From Candidatus Heimdallarchaeum aukensis (GTDB taxonomy: Archaea > Asgardarchaeota > Heimdallarchaeia > Heimdallarchaeales > Heimdallarchaeaceae), in the NCBI GenBank assembly GCA_021513695.1, contig CP084166.1:2048001-2112000 (forward strand): 64,000 bases of DNA, written 5' to 3'. Below the pieces are notes generated by a model that ran no database searches, was not told the DNA's origin, and saw only the letters and a list, made by a program, of their open reading frames with translations. The position numbers were made by a program, and so were the translations under genes. Below, one piece after another: positions 1 to 10,326 of this stretch. Numbering within the stretch: the stretch's first letter is position 1; each line of letters starts with the position of its first letter.

Positions 1-1
1 T

Positions 2-3000
2 TTAGTAGGTGTAGGAGAGAGTACAGAGCAGTATATTGCTACAATCAGCAGAGAAGAAAAAACGATTACTTATTCCGCTATTCTAAGTTCAGCAGAGGAG
101 CAAGAACAGTGGAAATATTTCTATATTAGCCTTTATCAGCTTGCGAGACATATTCCTAAAGAATTACTTGTAGATAATTATTCAAATGGAAATAAAGAGG
201 TTGATCTATTAGATGAAAATTACCCTGTTTCTGGTATAATTTCTGATGCAAAAATGGTCGTTAATTATGAAGGTTCATATGTGGAAAAAATCATCCAATT
301 AGAAAAAGGAGCAAATCAAAATCTATACATTTCTGACTTGAAATCTACAATTACTAACATCCATAGCGCATATCCTTACGAAAATGCTTTATCTTCTTTG
401 CCTGAGGAAATAAAATGGAAAAAATATGATGTTCCATTTGATGGGTATATTCCTCTTGATAATGTCTATCTTGATGATTTTGACGGTAGTTCGTATTATA
501 TCTACGATGTAGTGGTTTATGTTGATGCTTCCACTTATTCTAAAGTACATTTAACAGTTGAAACTGAGGGATCTTTTGTTCTTTCTAACCGCTACTCTAT
601 AATATTACAAAAGATGGGTTTTTCAAACGAAGTTGTTTCTACAGTCTTTAGCGCACAACAAGGATATACTCCCTTGTATCTTCACGTTGTTTTTCCAAAA
701 ACAGCTTTTAATCAGAATATACGCATTCAATACATCTCCAATGGAGGAGTGGCTATAAGTGCTGAAAACAATAGAGAAGGAGATGCCATATCAGAGTGGT
801 TGATCTCTACTCCTTTCTATTCGGAAAAAAATGAGGACACCGTTGATTATCTTAATTTTATTTCACAAGTTACACCTATGGAAGGAGAGCGATTCGAAAA
901 AAGAGTAGTAGATTCAGAAGGATTTACCCACACAGAAACAATAGAATTTTCTGAATTCACTTTTCCTGGATTTTGTCCTATCTTAGACTTTGTTCCTCAT
1001 GCTGTTCCTTCAGGTTATTCTGTTATTCTCACTACTACGCTCGATTTCGCCAAAAGTTTGAACACTTCCTTAGTTCTACTTCTAAACAAAGAAAGTGGCA
1101 TAACAATACAATCCTTACTTTGGGATGAGACTCCACTTCTTTACATCAATGAAGGAGTATTTAACGAAATTGACTCCGATTTGGAAAATGGTATGATTAC
1201 TATACCTTTGAATAGTGAAGGGTTAACTGTCAACAGTCTCTTTTCTCCTAAAGAAAACAACCCTAATGAGTATGGTTTCATAGAAAACGACCCTGATTAT
1301 AACTTTCATTTTTCATCTTCTGACCCTTATAGTATAAAAACATCCTCTGTTAACCCTGATTCTGTTATTTTGAACAACAAAGGCATTCACAGAATAGTTA
1401 TCCAATTAACCTTTCCTTCTCCTTATAATACAGATTTTGGAATATATTTGGAAAATGTAGATGATAGCGTGCGAACTGTTTTATCTCCCTCAGATAAAGC
1501 AATAGACTTTCATGCAATCGCACAGAAGAACTTTATTCAATTTGAAAACGATCTTCATCAACCTCAAACTCTTGCTCAATTAGAGAAAAACGAGAATACT
1601 TTATTTAAATCACGATATTTCAAAGATGACTATGGTCAATACCATTCCTATAGAATTTATAGTCTTGGCTTTTCTGATGAATACACCTTAGATAAAGGAA
1701 AGAAATGGAAAATATATGATGGTGATACTGATGATTCTAACGATGTTATCTATGAAAGTACAGCTCACTACAATTGGAAACATGTAATAGGAAAGATGAA
1801 TTTTGCAATTGTTATAGATGAAGGAACTCCACAAGTTTTGCAATTGCCTTTTAATTTTCTAGTAGGTTACATGGTCTTTTGTGATTGGCTAGATACAAAT
1901 GGAGATGGATTAGAAGATACATGTGCTCCTTATATAGGTCTAGCAGACCCCTTAGATGCTAGTTCTACTTACGATGATGTAAAAAAAGGTGTAGTGTATA
2001 ATACAGAGGAAGAGAAGAAAATAAGTTATGATGTTACTGATGAACAACAAGCAGAACTCAAGAATCTTACTGTACGCCAATCGTTGATATCTTCTCTTTC
2101 AACTACAGTAATTACAAAAACAGAAGAAACCATCCCCTTATCCTACACTTCTGACGAAATAGCTGCTATTCAAAACAATGGATTAACTCTTGATCGTTAT
2201 CTTCATTCTTTAATAGAAAATGACTATTTGACCTACTCTGAAGATATTGCAAGAGTAGAAATAACTATTAGTTCTTCAAATAATAAAGAAATTGACCTTG
2301 CTTATGATTATGATAAAGAAATATTGTTCACCCACAGTGTTGATAATGCTACAGGAGAAGAAGAAAAAATAGTCTATGATTTTAGATATGACTGTTTTTC
2401 TGTCCTCACTCCTGATGCTCTTGCTAACGACAACTACAGAGTAGATTTTTATACTTTTAATAATAAACTAAGTCTCTATGATACCGATTTGTATAAACTT
2501 AAAGAAACGCCTAATTCTTACGGATTGTTAGATGATCCACAAACTCTTTCACCTATGGTAGTCTTAGAAAATTATAACTATGAAATAAAAGAAACAGTTA
2601 ATAGTCTTGATTCAAAAGATGAAGAAATTTTAAACAATAGTCCAACAACAATTGTAGACGCTTTTGTTCAAGGATTAAGTCTTTCTCAACTAAGCGTGGA
2701 AATGTATGATGCTGAAATAGAGATGGATTATTACAGTTTAGATCTCTTCTATTCTGTTTTCTTTAATGAATATTTGACTCTACAACAATTCTTCTATTCT
2801 CAAGAAACATTAAATAACAACCAGAATTATCAGTATTATCCTACTGGGACAATCCAATTTGCTAAATGGATTAGTTCAATACTTAACTCCTATATAATCC
2901 AACAATCAGACAAATTATTTGATGAATACCAAAACCGTACTTCTCGATATGATTCAGAGAAAAAAGCTATAGCTGCTATGTCCTTTTTGTTAGACCTTAT

Positions 3001-6000
3001 TATTCCTTATCGCGGATTCAAAACCTACGGTTCGGAACCTAAACCAGAAGAGACTCATCACCCACGTTTCTCTAGTTATGTGGACTTCAAATATAGTCTA
3101 GTTATGTTTTGGGGATTAATCTTAGGTAATAGTGCAGGCTGTGGAATACCTAAAAATTCTGTCTCTCTGTTTAGCGAGAGTGAGAGAACTGGAAAACTCT
3201 TGATGATTGACGAATTATGGGATAAAGCTATTAAACACTGGAACTTGGCAGATAAAAGTAGAATAGATGATCCTAGCGAATATTTGCCCTATACTGACCG
3301 AGCTGTAGTAGACAAAATACTGTTTGACGCCAGAGTAAGAGGAGATGAAGCTATGATCGACTGGATAACAAATGAAGATTATAGTGCTGAGGCTTATTAC
3401 ATGCAACCCTATGGAGTGGATTATTCGATCTATTACTGGTTGAAGGCTTTTACTATTCAACAAGGATATGACCCTTATGCTATCAAGGTTTACACCATTG
3501 AAGAGATGAATAGTCAAGAGAGAGAAGATTTTGACGAAAATTATTTTGTTATAGGCGTTCCTGTTTCCACAATCGAAGACCAATATTTAGAATATAACTG
3601 GTTTGTAAGTCTAGATAAAGAAACACGTGTGCCCACTTCTGCTACATCACAACTAATAGACTTTATCCCTCTTGTATTCGGTCAAAGTTCTAATCCACAT
3701 ATAAGAACAATGATGAAAATAATTAAAAGATTAGGAAATGCAGCAAAAGGAGAAAATTTCGGTTATAATACTTTTAGCATGAGTGAATTCAGCTTAATCG
3801 TTACTTTAGAATTTTTAGTTAATCTTGTAGATATAGGCGCTTTACTTATTGATATCAGAGATGCCTATATAGGAGCTACTCCTTTCATACGCAAAATGTC
3901 GCTCATGCAAATACCAATGGATATACTAGATTTGTTCACTCCAGGACCTTTTTCTCTCGTAGGAAATACAATGAATAAAATTTTCAAATCTATAGTCGGA
4001 GACGTTACCTTAGAAGTAAATAGGATAACAAAAACATTTAATTTACTAGATATTGTACAAAATTTCCCAAAAGGAGAGTGGAAAAGCATTGCTCGAGCAG
4101 CAGGAAAATCAGAACTAATGATCTGGATAGTTGGAGCAGCACAAGTGACTTACCGTTTCTCTAAACTAGCCAATCAATTCTATCAATGGTTCTTCTTCCT
4201 CCCGCAAAAGATTTTCATGAGTAGTTTACAAATAACTTTAGGGTCATTCATGATATTTGCCTCTAAAATGATTTATGCCATCAGAAGAATGGATATCGAA
4301 GAAGCAATGTTGTTAAACATTAAAGCGCAAAAATACTTCAACCAAGGACTAGATGATACCGCTAAAATGACAAGAGCTATATTAAGCCATCCAAAAATGC
4401 TAGCAAGATTTGGAACTGAAGAACTTATAGAACGAGCAAATATAGTAGCAAAATATTACATGAACATTATTATAAAGAAAGTAATGGAATTGGAAGCAAC
4501 ATCAAAAGCAATACTAGAATCGGTTGAAAAGTCACGCTTCTATGTTATGATGGCCTTAAGATATGCTACACATATGTACATGAACACCCCAGGAGGAGTA
4601 GGTATACACTTCTCTCCCAATTTAATTGATAATGAGAAAGAAACTGAAGGAATAAGACATTTCAACACCGTGGATAATATTTTGCCAAAATTAGAATATG
4701 AAATAGCAATGTATTACTGGAAGCATGAATATCTAGCGGATGATGAAAAAATAAAAGAGTATAATAGTGAAAAATTCAATTTCAGAGATGTAGAAAGCGC
4801 AAAAATACATATAACTATAGCTTTTTCATCTATTGCTGCAATACATTCGACACCAGAATCATTCCAAAGATATAAAGAACTACTAGAATACACAGATAAG
4901 AGGTTAATAGAAATAAAAAATGAAAAGGGTGAAAATCTAGAGTATACACCTATATGGTGGATTTTACATTTGCCTGTTGATCCCTCGCTACAAAAACTAG
5001 CCCTTAGCCACATATTTGATGAATCACCTGCAGTTTCACTGCTTCTAAAAGTTCTAATGGTAGAGAAAGGTCTTAACGAAGACTTATTAGAAAATAATAT
5101 CGACGATATAGATGAATACAATAAAGAAGTTCATTCCATTTTAGATCAAATTTTATCTTCTTCCCCCCTAAATATAAGTCATAAAGTCTTTATCCTTGAA
5201 AAAGATGAAAAAGGGAATCATATCTGGAAAGCAAGAATTTTAGATTTGTTAGGGCAATCTGAAGGATCATTAACTAAGTTAAGGACACGAGATGAATATA
5301 TTAAGTGGTCTGTAATCGGTAGAACAGGAATAGACTTGTTAGGCCTTTTCGGAAGTGAAGAATTAAAAAACTATTTTCCCAAAGGAGTAAGAAATGCTTT
5401 AACTGCTAGAAATGATCAAACTTCAATAATCTATGAGCTTATATGTATGGGATTATTAGATTTTAGATTTTATACAGATGATAAAAATGTAAAGGATCAA
5501 TTAAAAATTGATTTTCCAGAGCATGACTTTGAAAAAGAACCCAGTATTAGCATTGCTGAATTAGCTAAAAAATATAGTAAATATGATATTCTAGAATTAT
5601 TTGAAAAAAGTAATTTTATTAGACAGACTCTTATAAGTAATGGAGTAGACGGATTAATACACAGTACAAAAATAGGAAAGTCTCTTTATTCTGTTAAAGA
5701 TTCAACGGGAATATTCAATAAAGCTAATTCAAAAAATATTTTATACTCTGTAGCAGCTGAAAATGCATATATAGGTCATGGAAGTGTTATTTATTATTAT
5801 GATAAGCTACAAGGTGATATTATCACGGATATAGATAATAAATTGATATACAATGCTAGATATTATGATCCTACAGCTTCAAAATCACCTAAACCTTTTG
5901 TTCCAGGCGATGCAATATTACTCTATGATTCCAATGTAAATCGTTATCTGTTTTTAAGAACTAATTTTCCTGAGGACACTATGCTAAATCAAAATCAGAA

Positions 6001-8641
6001 ACTAGATGAATATAGTGGTTTTAAAAGAGAAATTAACGTGTTTTGGTTTCAAATAAACAAAGATACAAATGAGGGAGAGATAGTTTATGATACATTAGAA
6101 CACTATTGTTATGAAAATGAAAAACTGAAGGAAGGAATAAAAGTTGTTGGAACGGAGGATATTTTGCAAGAGGTAGATAAGTTTCATCCAAAGAGAAATA
6201 AAATAAGAAGTAGTCAACCTATAATATCAATAGAAGCAAAGCAAAATGGAGGGAACATAGATTACGTTGTCTCAATGGATGAACAACTTCCTTTATTTAG
6301 GTTTATAGGTGGAGATTATTCAACTGCAACAGAAAAAGACATCAATTTTGCTAGTTTTCTTTACCCAAGAAAACATTCCAACGATATTGTTTTCGGATTG
6401 CAAGATGATAACTTAGATTTTATCGATGAAAAGGGTTTATGGCCTATCCATATGGGTTTAAGCCCAGGAAGGTTTACATACAACGTGCAAAACATATATT
6501 TAGATGAGATTAATTCAGCAAAAGCGTTATTGGATAAATTAGATGAATTAGATAACTTGCCTGTAGTAGAAGTTAAAACAAAGGATAATGAATATATAAC
6601 TCGACCAGCAACAGTTCAGGAAGTAAATCAACAGAGAGTATATGAGTTAATTAGATGGTACTCTACAAGTCAAGTGTATACTTATTATGTGTCTAGTTTA
6701 AATAAAGAAAATAAAGCATTTTTGTGCAGAGCATATCTAGATGATTGGAATGCAGCTAAATCGTTAGGTGAAATCATAGAAATAGCAGAAGATACTAATG
6801 GAAATCTATACCAGAAATATGGTTATGAGAATAAACAAGAATATCTAACCTTTAGAATGAATGTTATTCAAACAATAATAAACGAACAAGAACAGTTCTA
6901 TAAATACAAGTTTAAAGATGAAAGTGATTTAACAAAAGAAGAAAAGTTGGTAATATTTCTAAAAGAACAAAAAGAATTTTTTGAAAGATTACATAATGAC
7001 GCTGCTAAAATAGAGGCATTTCAAGAACCATTTTTTTCAAACTTGAGACTAGACATTAAAGAAGTCGATACATATAATGTACTTAATTATCGCAGTTTAG
7101 AATCGTCAATTGAATTACTTTTATTAAATAGATTTGACTCGTATAATAAGATACACTTATTCGAAGGAGATGTACCTTTTTCAAGAAACCCGATGAAATT
7201 CGGTTTCGATAATGTAATTGTCCAAATAGGTACGAGAGCATTCATAAACAAGGTCAAAGAAGAGGGAATATTAGATTTTGATGAAGATAAAAATTCAGTA
7301 TTAGAACTAGCTAATAAAGTATTTAAAAGAAAAACAGTTATAAAACCATTAATCCGCGGACCAATAAAAGCAAAATCAATTGCTTTTCTCCAACATGAAG
7401 AAACAATGGCTAAACTGAACAATTATAAAACATTGCAAAAAATATCCAAAGAAGAAATAAGGCTCTGGAAACTTTACAACAAAAAATTAGATAATGAAAA
7501 AGGCCATTTGACTGTAGAGCAACTATACGAAATAGAAGAAGAGTTCAACAATATAAATGGAAAAAATATAGTAGGAAAACAAGGAGCAGGGATGACAGTA
7601 ATAGAAGATGGAAACACATATGTTGTAAAAATATACAGTCTCATCAGTGATTTAAGATATAATAACAAAATTCATGCAGGTAGTGAGGCAAATAAGTATG
7701 ATATTGCAGAAAGAGTGTTGGGACTAGCACAACACATAAAGTACGTAGCAAAGGAAGGAAGAATATACATTAATTATGCAATGGCAAACATTCTTTATCT
7801 GATAAAAACACTAACAAACGGTAAAATGGAAATAGATGACGTCCAGAATCTAAGGGACCTGGGAAATCCAAAGGAATTAGAAGCTATACTAGTAAATAAT
7901 TTAGGGGAAGAAAGAACAAAAGAAATACTAAATATTTTAGAAGAAGTAACCATAAGAACGAAAAGAAAAATAAAACAAGGAAAAGATTATTCCATAGAAA
8001 ATATAGAAAAAGGACAATCGTTGGCTTTTCAAATTGGATATGTGGATCTGAAAAATATAACCCCTGAGGTAAGAGGAAAATTAAGGCTACAAGGGATGTT
8101 ATTGAGAGAAATCTTGATGTTACTGGATATAATATATGGACTATATTATACAGGAAGAAATTATATGAAACGCCTAGATATTAATTTAGCGCAAACAACA
8201 GTAATTTTCGAAAAAACAACGGAAGAAGGCAAAACAATACTAAAATTAAAAGACGTAAAAACAAGCACAGAACAAGAAATGAATGGAGAGTTCATATCAT
8301 CACTGAACGATTTCGACCAAAAAACAGCATCAATAATAGAAAAACTGGCTGAAACTAAATATTCATCAGTATTTGGACCAGAATTTATGACTAGAGAACA
8401 ATTAAGAAAATTGGTAGATGAAATAATAGAAGAATATGAGAGTATACTAAAATTGAAAATAAGAAAATTCAATGAAATATTAACTCAAGACGATATGGAA
8501 GTAGAACTAGTAGCAAAGAAATTCAAAATAGAAGAATTGCTAAAAATGCTAACACCTAAAGGATTATGGTCAATGTACGAGCAAAAGAAAAGAAATAATG
8601 AAAAAAGAGGACAAACAAAAATAACAGACTTCCTAATTTAA
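2..8641 (+). CDS. Giant hypothetical protein, 5'-partial: frame is open from base 2 to the window edge, so over 2879 aa. Probable surface/membrane-associated protein.
   Basis: Single uninterrupted ORF. I translated bases 2-253 by hand and found no stop, so the gene starts upstream of the window. No catalytic motif recognised. There is a D-x-D-x-N-G-D-G-x-x-D calcium-binding-like motif (DWLDTNGDGLEDT) and a hydrophobic stretch mid-protein (around nt 3800-4300). Cys-poor, Asn/Asp/Tyr-rich. Confidence 0.7.
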   Translation, partial: LVGVGESTEQYIATISREEKTITYSAILSSAEEQEQWKYFYISLYQLARHIPKELLVDNYSNGNKEVDLLDENYPVSGIISDAKMVVNYEGSYVEKIIQLEKGANQNLYISDLKSTITNIHSAYPYENALSSLPEEIKWKKYDVPFDGYIPLDNVYLDDFDGSSYYIYDVVVYVDASTYSKVHLTVETEGSFVLSNRYSIILQKMGFSNEVVSTVFSAQQGYTPLYLHVVFPKTAFNQNIRIQYISNGGVAISAENNREGDAISEWLISTPFYSEKNEDTVDYLNFISQVTPMEGERFEKRVVDSEGFTHTETIEFSEFTFPGFCPILDFVPHAVPSGYSVILTTTLDFAKSLNTSLVLLLNKESGITIQSLLWDETPLLYINEGVFNEIDSDLENGMITIPLNSEGLTVNSLFSPKENNPNEYGFIENDPDYNFHFSSSDPYSIKTSSVNPDSVILNNKGIHRIVIQLTFPSPYNTDFGIYLENVDDSVRTVLSPSDKAIDFHAIAQKNFIQFENDLHQPQTLAQLEKNENTLFKSRYFKDDYGQYHSYRIYSLGFSDEYTLDKGKKWKIYDGDTDDSNDVIYESTAHYNWKHVIGKMNFAIVIDEGTPQVLQLPFNFLVGYMVFCDWLDTNGDGLEDTCAPYIGLADPLDASSTYDDVKKGVVYNTEEEKKISYDVTDEQQAELKNLTVRQSLISSLSTTVITKTEETIPLSYTSDEIAAIQNNGLTLDRYLHSLIENDYLTYSEDIARVEITISSSNNKEIDLAYDYDKEILFTHSVDNATGEEEKIVYDFRYDCFSVLTPDALANDNYRVDFYTFNNKLSLYDTDLYKLKETPNSYGLLDDPQTLSPMVVLENYNYEIKETVNSLDSKDEEILNNSPTTIVDAFVQGLSLSQLSVEMYDAEIEMDYYSLDLFYSVFFNEYLTLQQFFYSQETLNNNQNYQYYPTGTIQFAKWISSILNSYIIQQSDKLFDEYQNRTSRYDSEKKAIAAMSFLLDLIIPYRGFKTYGSEPKPEETHHPRFSSYVDFKYSLVMFWGLILGNSAGCGIPKNSVSLFSESERTGKLLMIDELWDKAIKHWNLADKSRIDDPSEYLPYTDRAVVDKILFDARVRGDEAMIDWITNEDYSAEAYYMQPYGVDYSIYYWLKAFTIQQGYDPYAIKVYTIEEMNSQEREDFDENYFVIGVPVSTIEDQYLEYNWFVSLDKETRVPTSATSQLIDFIPLVFGQSSNPHIRTMMKIIKRLGNAAKGENFGYNTFSMSEFSLIVTLEFLVNLVDIGALLIDIRDAYIGATPFIRKMSLMQIPMDILDLFTPGPFSLVGNTMNKIFKSIVGDVTLEVNRITKTFNLLDIVQNFPKGEWKSIARAAGKSELMIWIVGAAQVTYRFSKLANQFYQWFFFLPQKIFMSSLQITLGSFMIFASKMIYAIRRMDIEEAMLLNIKAQKYFNQGLDDTAKMTRAILSHPKMLARFGTEELIERANIVAKYYMNIIIKKVMELEATSKAILESVEKSRFYVMMALRYATHMYMNTPGGVGIHFSPNLIDNEKETEGIRHFNTVDNILPKLEYEIAMYYWKHEYLADDEKIKEYNSEKFNFRDVESAKIHITIAFSSIAAIHSTPESFQRYKELLEYTDKRLIEIKNEKGENLEYTPIWWILHLPVDPSLQKLALSHIFDESPAVSLLLKVLMVEKGLNEDLLENNIDDIDEYNKEVHSILDQILSSSPLNISHKVFILEKDEKGNHIWKARILDLLGQSEGSLTKLRTRDEYIKWSVIGRTGIDLLGLFGSEELKNYFPKGVRNALTARNDQTSIIYELICMGLLDFRFYTDDKNVKDQLKIDFPEHDFEKEPSISIAELAKKYSKYDILELFEKSNFIRQTLISNGVDGLIHSTKIGKSLYSVKDSTGIFNKANSKNILYSVAAENAYIGHGSVIYYYDKLQGDIITDIDNKLIYNARYYDPTASKSPKPFVPGDAILLYDSNVNRYLFLRTNFPEDTMLNQNQKLDEYSGFKREINVFWFQINKDTNEGEIVYDTLEHYCYENEKLKEGIKVVGTEDILQEVDKFHPKRNKIRSSQPIISIEAKQNGGNIDYVVSMDEQLPLFRFIGGDYSTATEKDINFASFLYPRKHSNDIVFGLQDDNLDFIDEKGLWPIHMGLSPGRFTYNVQNIYLDEINSAKALLDKLDELDNLPVVEVKTKDNEYITRPATVQEVNQQRVYELIRWYSTSQVYTYYVSSLNKENKAFLCRAYLDDWNAAKSLGEIIEIAEDTNGNLYQKYGYENKQEYLTFRMNVIQTIINEQEQFYKYKFKDESDLTKEEKLVIFLKEQKEFFERLHNDAAKIEAFQEPFFSNLRLDIKEVDTYNVLNYRSLESSIELLLLNRFDSYNKIHLFEGDVPFSRNPMKFGFDNVIVQIGTRAFINKVKEEGILDFDEDKNSVLELANKVFKRKTVIKPLIRGPIKAKSIAFLQHEETMAKLNNYKTLQKISKEEIRLWKLYNKKLDNEKGHLTVEQLYEIEEEFNNINGKNIVGKQGAGMTVIEDGNTYVVKIYSLISDLRYNNKIHAGSEANKYDIAERVLGLAQHIKYVAKEGRIYINYAMANILYLIKTLTNGKMEIDDVQNLRDLGNPKELEAILVNNLGEERTKEILNILEEVTIRTKRKIKQGKDYSIENIEKGQSLAFQIGYVDLKNITPEVRGKLRLQGMLLREILMLLDIIYGLYYTGRNYMKRLDINLAQTTVIFEKTTEEGKTILKLKDVKTSTEQEMNGEFISSLNDFDQKTASIIEKLAETKYSSVFGPEFMTREQLRKLVDEIIEEYESILKLKIRKFNEILTQDDMEVELVAKKFKIEELLKMLTPKGLWSMYEQKKRNNEKRGQTKITDFLI

Positions 8642-8664
8642 AAATAGTAAATAAAGAAAAAAAC

Positions 8665-8768
8665 TGGTGCGTCAACCGGGAATTGAACCCGGGCCGTCGA
8701 ATCTCTTCTTGAGGCTTCTAGACGCCATATAATGGAAGTCCGACGTACTACCACTATACTATTGACGC
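8665..8768 (-). tRNA. tRNA, probably Gly(TCC), with about 30-nt intron at canonical 37/38 position and encoded CCA
   Basis: Reverse complement folds as acceptor GCGTCAA/TTGACGC, T-arm CCGGG-TTCAATT-CCCGG, anticodon stem TCGGA/TTCGA (two G-U pairs) with loop CTTCCA|intron|A, then discriminator A and CCA. Anticodon assignment is tentative. Confidence 0.6.
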
Positions 8769-8970
8769 TTTCTTTGTTTTTTTCTTTCTATTCTTTTGAT
8801 TACCGATTTCTTTTTAACTTTTATGGATTTTGTCTTTTTCTTTTTTTTCTTCTTTCTCTTCTTTTTTTTATTTTTAATTTATGTTTCTCTTCTTTTTTTT
8901 ATTTGTTTAAAATCAATATATTTAAGTAACGTTGTTTTGTTTCTGACTTAAGATATACTAACATTATTTA

Positions 8971-8976
8971 GAGGAG
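8971..8976 (+). promoter_or_regulatory. Shine-Dalgarno-like GAGGAG 8 nt upstream of rpl11 ATG
   Basis: ttagaggagaatatatt ATG. Confidence 0.5.
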
Positions 8977-8984
8977 AATATATT

Positions 8985-9482
8985 ATGAGTTCAGATACAG
9001 TTACTGTTGATCTTTTAGTAGATGGTGGTAAAGCTACCCCTGGTGGTGCTATGGGCCCTGCTCTTGGTCCTACTGGTGTTAATATCAAGCAAGTTGTCGA
9101 TGAAATTAACAAGCAAACTCAAGCTTATAAAGGTATGAAGGTTCCTGTTACTGTTACCGTTTTCAAGAAAACACGTGAGTTTACCCTTTCCGTTGGTATT
9201 CCTCCTGCTTCTGCTCTTATTTTAAAAGAAGCTGGTATTTCCAAGGGTTCTGGTACTCCTAATACTGAGGTTGTTGGTAATATTACTTTTCAACAGTTGA
9301 TCAATGCTGCTAAAGCTAAATGGCCTGATCTTACTGCTGCTACCCTTGCTGCTGCTTGTAAAGAGTTGCTTGGGACCATGGTTTGTATGGGTATTACTTG
9401 TGATGGTAAAGCTCCTCGTGTAGTTCAGAAGGAGATAGATGAAGGAGTATATGATGATATTCTCTCTGAGAATGAGGATTAA
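8985..9482 (+). CDS. rpl11: 50S ribosomal protein L11
   Basis: 165 aa; conserved L11 N-terminal domain (PGGAMGPALGPTGVNI, KVPVTVTV) and C-terminal domain. Strong NNT codon preference. Confidence 0.93.
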   Translation: MSSDTVTVDLLVDGGKATPGGAMGPALGPTGVNIKQVVDEINKQTQAYKGMKVPVTVTVFKKTREFTLSVGIPPASALILKEAGISKGSGTPNTEVVGNITFQQLINAAKAKWPDLTAATLAAACKELLGTMVCMGITCDGKAPRVVQKEIDEGVYDDILSENED

Positions 9483-9558
9483 ATTTCGTTATAAACAAAG
9501 TTTATGAATGCTAGTAAAAAATTAAACATGAAGTATATTTAAAATAGAGGTATAGATA

Positions 9559-9753
9559 ATGAGCAAATTTATTAACAATACTCGTTCTTTCGTTATTCGT
9601 AGTAGACGTTTACTTCGTCATGCTAAAAAGCCTAGTCGTCGAGAGCTTTCCATGACTGCTAAAATTACTGCTTTAGGTATTATAGTCATTGGATTAATCG
9701 GTTGGGTTCTTCATCTTATGTTCAACGTTATACTTGACGCTATTAACAAATGA
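9559..9753 (+). CDS. secE: Protein translocase subunit SecE (Sec61 gamma)
   Basis: 64 aa. Basic N-terminus (RRLLRHAKKPSRRE) then a single TM helix (ALGIIVIGLIGWVLHLMF), matching archaeal SecE. Adjacent to spt5. Confidence 0.8.
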   Translation: MSKFINNTRSFVIRSRRLLRHAKKPSRRELSMTAKITALGIIVIGLIGWVLHLMFNVILDAINK

Positions 9754-9799
9754 TATTATTCTTTCTTACGTTTTACTTAAACCTCGTGGAGATGAAATT

Positions 9800-10294
9800 A
9801 TGCCAATATATGCATTGAGAACAGCAATAGGGCAGGAACAATCTGTTTCTGAGTATTTAGCTCGTCGAGCAGATAAACGACCAGAGCTTGATATTAAAGC
9901 TATTTTGGTTACTGGTTCTCTTAAAGGTTATATCTTTATAGAATCAAGTTCAATTGATCACATAGAGTTACTAGTTGAAGGAGTCAGACACGTAAGGAAA
10001 CGTCCTCGTTCTTCTAGAGCTGAAGAGATACCTATTAATGAGCTAGAACATTTTCTTATGCCTCGTCCTGTTATTGAAGGGGTAAACCCTGGTGATATAG
10101 TAGAAATCGTCTCTGGTCCCTTTAAGGGTTCTCGAGCACGTGTCACAGATATTCATTCTGCAAAAGAAGAAGTTACCTTGGAGCTTTTAAGTGTTGATCT
10201 TCAAATACCCGTTACTATTTCTGGAGAATCAATACGCGTTATCGAAAAGGCCGCAACTGAAAAGGAAGAGGAAGAAGGAGAGTATCTTTTATAG
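9800..10294 (+). CDS. spt5: Transcription elongation factor Spt5 (NusG homolog)
   Basis: Start moved to the internal ATG (MPIYALRTAIGQEQ...), which is preceded by GGAG 8 nt upstream and matches archaeal Spt5 N-termini. NGN domain plus KOW motif (IVEIVSGPFKGSRARV). Confidence 0.85.
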   Translation: MPIYALRTAIGQEQSVSEYLARRADKRPELDIKAILVTGSLKGYIFIESSSIDHIELLVEGVRHVRKRPRSSRAEEIPINELEHFLMPRPVIEGVNPGDIVEIVSGPFKGSRARVTDIHSAKEEVTLELLSVDLQIPVTISGESIRVIEKAATEKEEEEGEYLL

Positions 10295-10326
10295 ATAACT
10301 AATTATTTTTTGCCTATTTTTCTTTC

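Noticed and set aside
3215-8472. Seven short minus-strand ORFs inside the giant gene (3215-3583, 3865-4089, 4714-5121, 7087-7422, 7474-7668, 8161-8472)
   Set aside because: All are antisense to a long continuous ORF and have low-complexity products; typical shadow ORFs in AT-rich DNA.
8732-8929. 65-aa ORF MEVRRTTTILL...
   Set aside because: Overlaps the minus-strand tRNA-Gly and a T-rich low-complexity tract. Product is F/L low-complexity.
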